A stretch of DNA of 63,951 nt, the filler included, from Nemertoderma westbladi (taxonomy: Eukaryota; Animalia; Xenacoelomorpha), in assembly GCA_032718475.1 (NCBI GenBank). It is 3 parts of 3 records of this genome, joined end to end, with 100 filler letters (N's around TTAATTAATTAA, not from the genome) between each part and the next. Parts side by side here need not be neighbours in the genome. Positions count along the whole stretch, not along the records: positions 41,173 to 63,951 come from JAUCBJ010003979.1; 2 more parts are not named here. One strand, given 5' to 3'. A model generated the notes under the pieces. That model did not search any database. It was not told the DNA's origin and worked only from the letters and a program-made list of their open reading frames with translations. The position numbers were made by a program, and so were the translations under genes. How positions within the stretch are numbered: the first letter of the stretch is position 1; the number at the start of each line of letters is the position of its first letter. Of the stretch, positions 59,445 through 63,951 are shown in pieces.

Positions 59445-61300
59445 TAGTAGTAGTAGTAGTAGACGGTATGCGGCCCGTCCGGCCTATAATATCATAATAA
59501 TGGCGCACAATTCCAAATCAATTTCTGAATAATATGTATATATATATATAGCACAATAATTAATACGTGAAATAATATCAATAACTAGAGTAATTAGCAC
59601 TAGATTAATTCAATAATAAAGACATAGGACTTCAGAGACATAACTGCACAGATCAACTAGTAAATCGGTAGAAAATAATGAAGATAAATCGGTGAAATCT
59701 AACTGTACAAACTTAATTCTAATGTGTTCAGATATCGGGCATTTTAATAGTACGTGGTGTTCATTTTGTACAGAGGTATTATCACAATAGCAAACACGTA
59801 ACTCAGGAGCAACACGAGTCCATCGACCAGTTTCCACTCGGAGTCTATGTGACATGAGACGGAGTCTGGTGAAATGGACACGTTTAAAGTCTGGGATGAC
59901 GGGTTTCAAGCAACTGTATAGTGGATGAGCAGTAAGGCCAGGGTTGATAGTGTCACTGTAAGTACGGAACTTGGTAGCTGAAAGTGGTTTATTTAATACA
60001 CGTAAACGGACGGAAGTTAGGGGGTCATCGACCTTGTAGTCAAGTGCTGACATTAAACAACGATATCCGGGAGTGTTTGCAGCTTTACAAAGATCATAAA
60101 TATAATATAAAGGCACATCAGTATCGTGCACGGGTAACTTAAACATATTTTTCACATATTTAAGTCTAGCATTTACAATATAGTGACTAAGTGGTGGGAT
60201 ATTAAACTCAATTAAGCACAAATCAATTGGTGTTTGTTGACGTACTGAAAGTAAAATTTTAATTAACCTATTGAAGACCGGTTCAATTTGCTTAGTACAT
60301 GCATTAACAGACAACCACGTTTCACAACCATATAAAATAGAAGATATTATACATGCATCAAAAACCTTTTTCTTTAAAGCGAATGGGAGTGATGTATTCT
60401 TACTGCAAAATATTGCAAATTTATTAATTGTTCTCTCACATATGATAATATGGTGTTTTAGTGCAGTAGATATGCGGCCATCAGCGGCGAAAACAGAACC
60501 TAAATAAACATATAATTCACATGTAGAAATAACTGTAGTACCTAAAGTAAATGGTTTACTGTCATCAACATTACCGTTTATTACAAAAAATTTGCTTTTC
60601 TTTTGATTAATTACCATACCAAAAACAGTACAATAATCGTATAGAGCACGTAATTTAATTTCACAATTTTTCCTAGAAGTTGATACTATTACTGTATCGT
60701 CCATAAACAAAAGGCAAACTAAAGCACCAAGGAAACCATCACATTTAACAGCTTCTTTTAACATGATAACAAGTTTATTAAGATACATACAAAATAAAAT
60801 CCCGCTTGAAGGCGCCCCCTGGCGGACCCCAATAGTAGTCAGAATTACAGCAGATCTTAAGATAGATTTTGTTGCAGAATACAGCGCTTTAATAATAAAT
60901 AACATCCGAAAACCACACCCTGAAGATTTAAGTAGTTCAAACATTTTATCACGTGGAACACGGTCATACGCCTTACTAAAATCAATGAAAACGACGTATA
61001 ATTTAGACTTCTTGAAAATTGCATAATCTATAATGAGTCGAAGTCCGAGGATGTGTTCAATGCACCCTCGGCCTTTTTGAGCTCCTGCCTGACATTTATC
61101 TAAATTAATCCAATATTTTAACCGATTGTAAATTAATATATCAAAAAACTTTAACAGTGTTGTCATTATACTAAGACCACGGTAATTGCCACAATCTAAT
61201 CTATTACCAGATTTGAAACACGTTATTAATTTACTAACAGCCCATTTTACAGGATATATTGCACCAATAAATATTAAATTAAAGATTGATAAGATGAATA
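59445..61300 (-). mobile_element. 5'-truncated RTE-X-like LINE with intact RT and CCHC C-terminus and a (CTA)n tail
   Basis: ORF 59610-61166 extends upstream to ~61300 (YPVKW...GNYRGLSI); FIDFSKAYDRV, GVRQG, LLFMDD, SHRLRVETGRW...CYCD...EHHVLLKCP; tail at 59445-59461. Confidence 0.9.
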
Positions 61301-61406
61301 CATGTAACTTACATGTAACGTCTTCTCTGTTACGTTTTTCACGTTAAGCTATAACTTTACTTTCAAAATTTTACTAACTATATACCATATTTTCCATATT
61401 TATCAG

Positions 61407-61553
61407 TAGAGCACACTTCCACTGAGGTTACCAAAGAAACCCATACGGTTCGAACCATCGTTGGAGACAAAGACACGGTTGAAGAAGTCGAGACGGTTAC
61501 TGTAACCAACCGAAGTAATGTCGAAGCCGACCCTAGCAGTGCGCCATCTAGTG
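61407..61553 (+). CDS. CAP-gene exon D (phase 1-1), Thr/Glu/Val-rich linker
   Basis: TACTAAC at 61372, tatcag acceptor, GTGAGT donor; open frame VEHTSTEVTKETHTVRTIVGDKDTVEEVETVTVT...; phase matches exon C. Confidence 0.75.
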
Positions 61554-61623
61554 GTGAGTTCGATGAGGTTAGTGATTATGTAGAACTGCATTAGCATTAG
61601 CTAAATGTTGACGCAATGATATT

Positions 61624-62045
61624 CCGACCGACCGACCGACCGACCGACCGACCGACCGACCGACCGACCGACCGACCGACCGACCGACCGACCGACCGAC
61701 CGACCGACCGACCGACCGACCGACCGACCGACCGACCGACCGACCGACCGACCGACCGACCGACCGACCGACCGACCGACCGACCGACCGACCGACCGAC
61801 CGACCGACCGACCGACCGACCGACCGACCGACCGACCGACCGACCGACCGACCGACCGACCGACCGACCGACCGACCGACCGACCGACCGACCGACCGAC
61901 CGACCGACCGACCGACCGACCGACCGACCGACCGACCGACCGACCGACCGACCGACCGACCGACCGACCGACCGACCGACCGACCGACCGACCGACCGAC
62001 CGACCGACCGACCGACCGACCGACCGACCGACCGACCGACCGACC
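61624..62045. repeat. (CCGA)n microsatellite
   Basis: About 105 perfect copies. Confidence 0.99.
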
Positions 62046-63951
62046 TGAAAAGGTAACCATGGCGACGCCGGTCGGTTAATGCAGCCAGATCCGAAGCTAT
62101 CCGTAGTGGCCATGGTTACTGCAGCTATTGTAATATACGGAGGGTCAAGAATTCAGTAGTGGCGTCGTCAGTAATAATGGGTTTATCTTTATTAGAAGTT
62201 TCGTTAGAACCCACAAGCCAATGACCTTGAGGCATTTACTATTGGATATTGGACTCTATAAGTTACCATTAGGTCACATAAACTATCGTTTTGTTTGTGG
62301 TTAATATTTAAAACAAATACAGAATCAAATGTTGTATATTTATTTATCTATAAGAAAGTTAATTGGTCTATTAATATACCGACACTTCAAAAGGAAGGCC
62401 GCGCTGTATATACCCCACGACGCACAACTAACTGCCACTAGCTACTACTTCGCACCAAATCGATTTAGATTTATTGGAATTTTATCTAATATTTACATAG
62501 TATTTTGAAATTCTCATTTGTTTTCGATTAATTTTCAACCAACTTTGGAATGGTTGTCGTTTTAGGTTATAAATATGTGTGAAATGTGATGAGGATGGGG
62601 GGGGGGGGGGGGGGGGAGGGGTGGATGTCACTGAGAAAGTTAAAATTTGGTCGTTTTTCATATTTAATTTGGCTGAATACAAACTTTTCCGATGCTTTTA
62701 ATGGTTAAATCGGCATCACCATACCAATTTTTGTTTTTAAGATACAGCTATTTAAATATTCCACTAATTTTAGTTCATATAATAACTATATTTGGACTAA
62801 ATATATCATTAATTCTTAACTATTTTCTAAGTATAACTTCCGAAATGGACTCAGAATAATTTTTTCATCTTAGAACATGATTAACGATTTTCACAATTTG
62901 ATTTCAACATATTGATTATTGACTTATTAAGATTAACCAATAGGAGATGGTTTAGTGGGAAAATTAAATCACAAAATGTTTTACCAGCATTTCTCAAATT
63001 TCAAGTTGTTTCACGAAAAATCTATCTTCTCCACTATTTCCTAACGGATTTCGATTCCGTTGTTGGTGGGAACTTGGTAGTGATTGTTTTCAAAATTTCG
63101 CCTCTGTCAAAAATTATGACTTCATCAAAATCATTTTTGACAGAATTGAAATCCGTTAAGAAATGGCGGAGGAGATATATTTTTAGTGAAACAAATGCAC
63201 ATTTGAGAAAAAAATAATTAAGTTTAAATTGGTATATTTTATTCAGAACGCACTAAGTTAAGTAAGTAATTAAACCGCTAAATCTTTAAAACCAAGAAAG
63301 ACCGATGGAAGTTTTGATTTCGCCACCAAATATTGATCCAAAGTCAATTACCCTCTTGACTTCTAGGTGGGTTGAGTTGTTCAGGGTACATCTTACAAAT
63401 TTAATCATTTCATTTATGTTCTAAGGGGGTGTTCATAAAGTAAATAAATGCGCATACGGACATAAACTCTTTTATTTATATACGTGGCAAGACCCTCACC
63501 CCAGTTCTTCCCTCCAGCCCCCTGGAGGCTCATCGTATTCATAAAGTATGTCACGCAAATTCTACGCGATTTTTAACCCCCCTCCCCTCTCTGTCACAAA
63601 GTTTCACGCAAGTTCGACCCCCCTTGTCATAATAGTAAATTTGTAATACCACCAAACAATACCCCCCCCCCCCTCCCCCAGACAAAAAATATTTTATGTC
63701 AATAATGCACTTTTAATGTTTGTTATGCCAAAATACTATATAAATTCAATCACAATTTTCCCACGGGCAAGTCAAGTGTTCATCTTTATATCAATAACAG
63801 CTATTACAGAGTCGGGGTGAATGGCTTAAATGTCCTCGTCATCAGTTGCGCCATGTTATTGTTACATGGCTTTATTATGTATTTATAACAATGTTTTTGG
63901 CGCGAAATAATGTGACAGAACTGGTCTTTACATACACGTGCCACGTGCGAA

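Noticed and set aside
61569-62113. PTDR / GRSV ORFs
   Set aside because: Translations of a (CCGA)n microsatellite.

Overview
AT-rich, repeat-dense animal (invertebrate-like) genomic DNA. It consists of three contigs joined by two artificial 100-bp N/TTAATTAATTAA spacers (16466-16565 and 41073-41172). Host genes: (1) an Lst2/ZFYVE28 homolog whose CDS is uninterrupted and whose FYVE finger is degenerate (11608-14118 +); (2) two phase-compatible exons of an unidentified gene with a CxxC/H zinc-finger-like motif (27603-27730, 37045-37191 +); (3) four exons of a GAPR-1/GLIPR2-like CAP-domain gene (41880-61553 +). Mobile DNA: RTE, RTE-X-like and CRE-like non-LTR elements, a Penelope element with a hammerhead-like motif, an RNase-H-deleted Gypsy element, and hAT, Tc1/mariner, Harbinger and Kolobok-like MITEs. 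A >479-codon minus-strand ORF at the left edge is missing from the ORF track. Best leads: (a) a SAM-like domain fused to 54 GW/WG octapeptides (candidate Argonaute hook), nested in an intron of the CAP gene downstream of a TATCGATA array and ending in a phase-compatible splice donor; (b) an intronic 39-bp satellite in which each unit looks like a complete mini-intron, giving about 115 tandem AG|GT recursive-splice-like junctions; (c) structured RNA motifs in retroelement UTRs. All homology calls come from reading motifs by eye; no searches were run.
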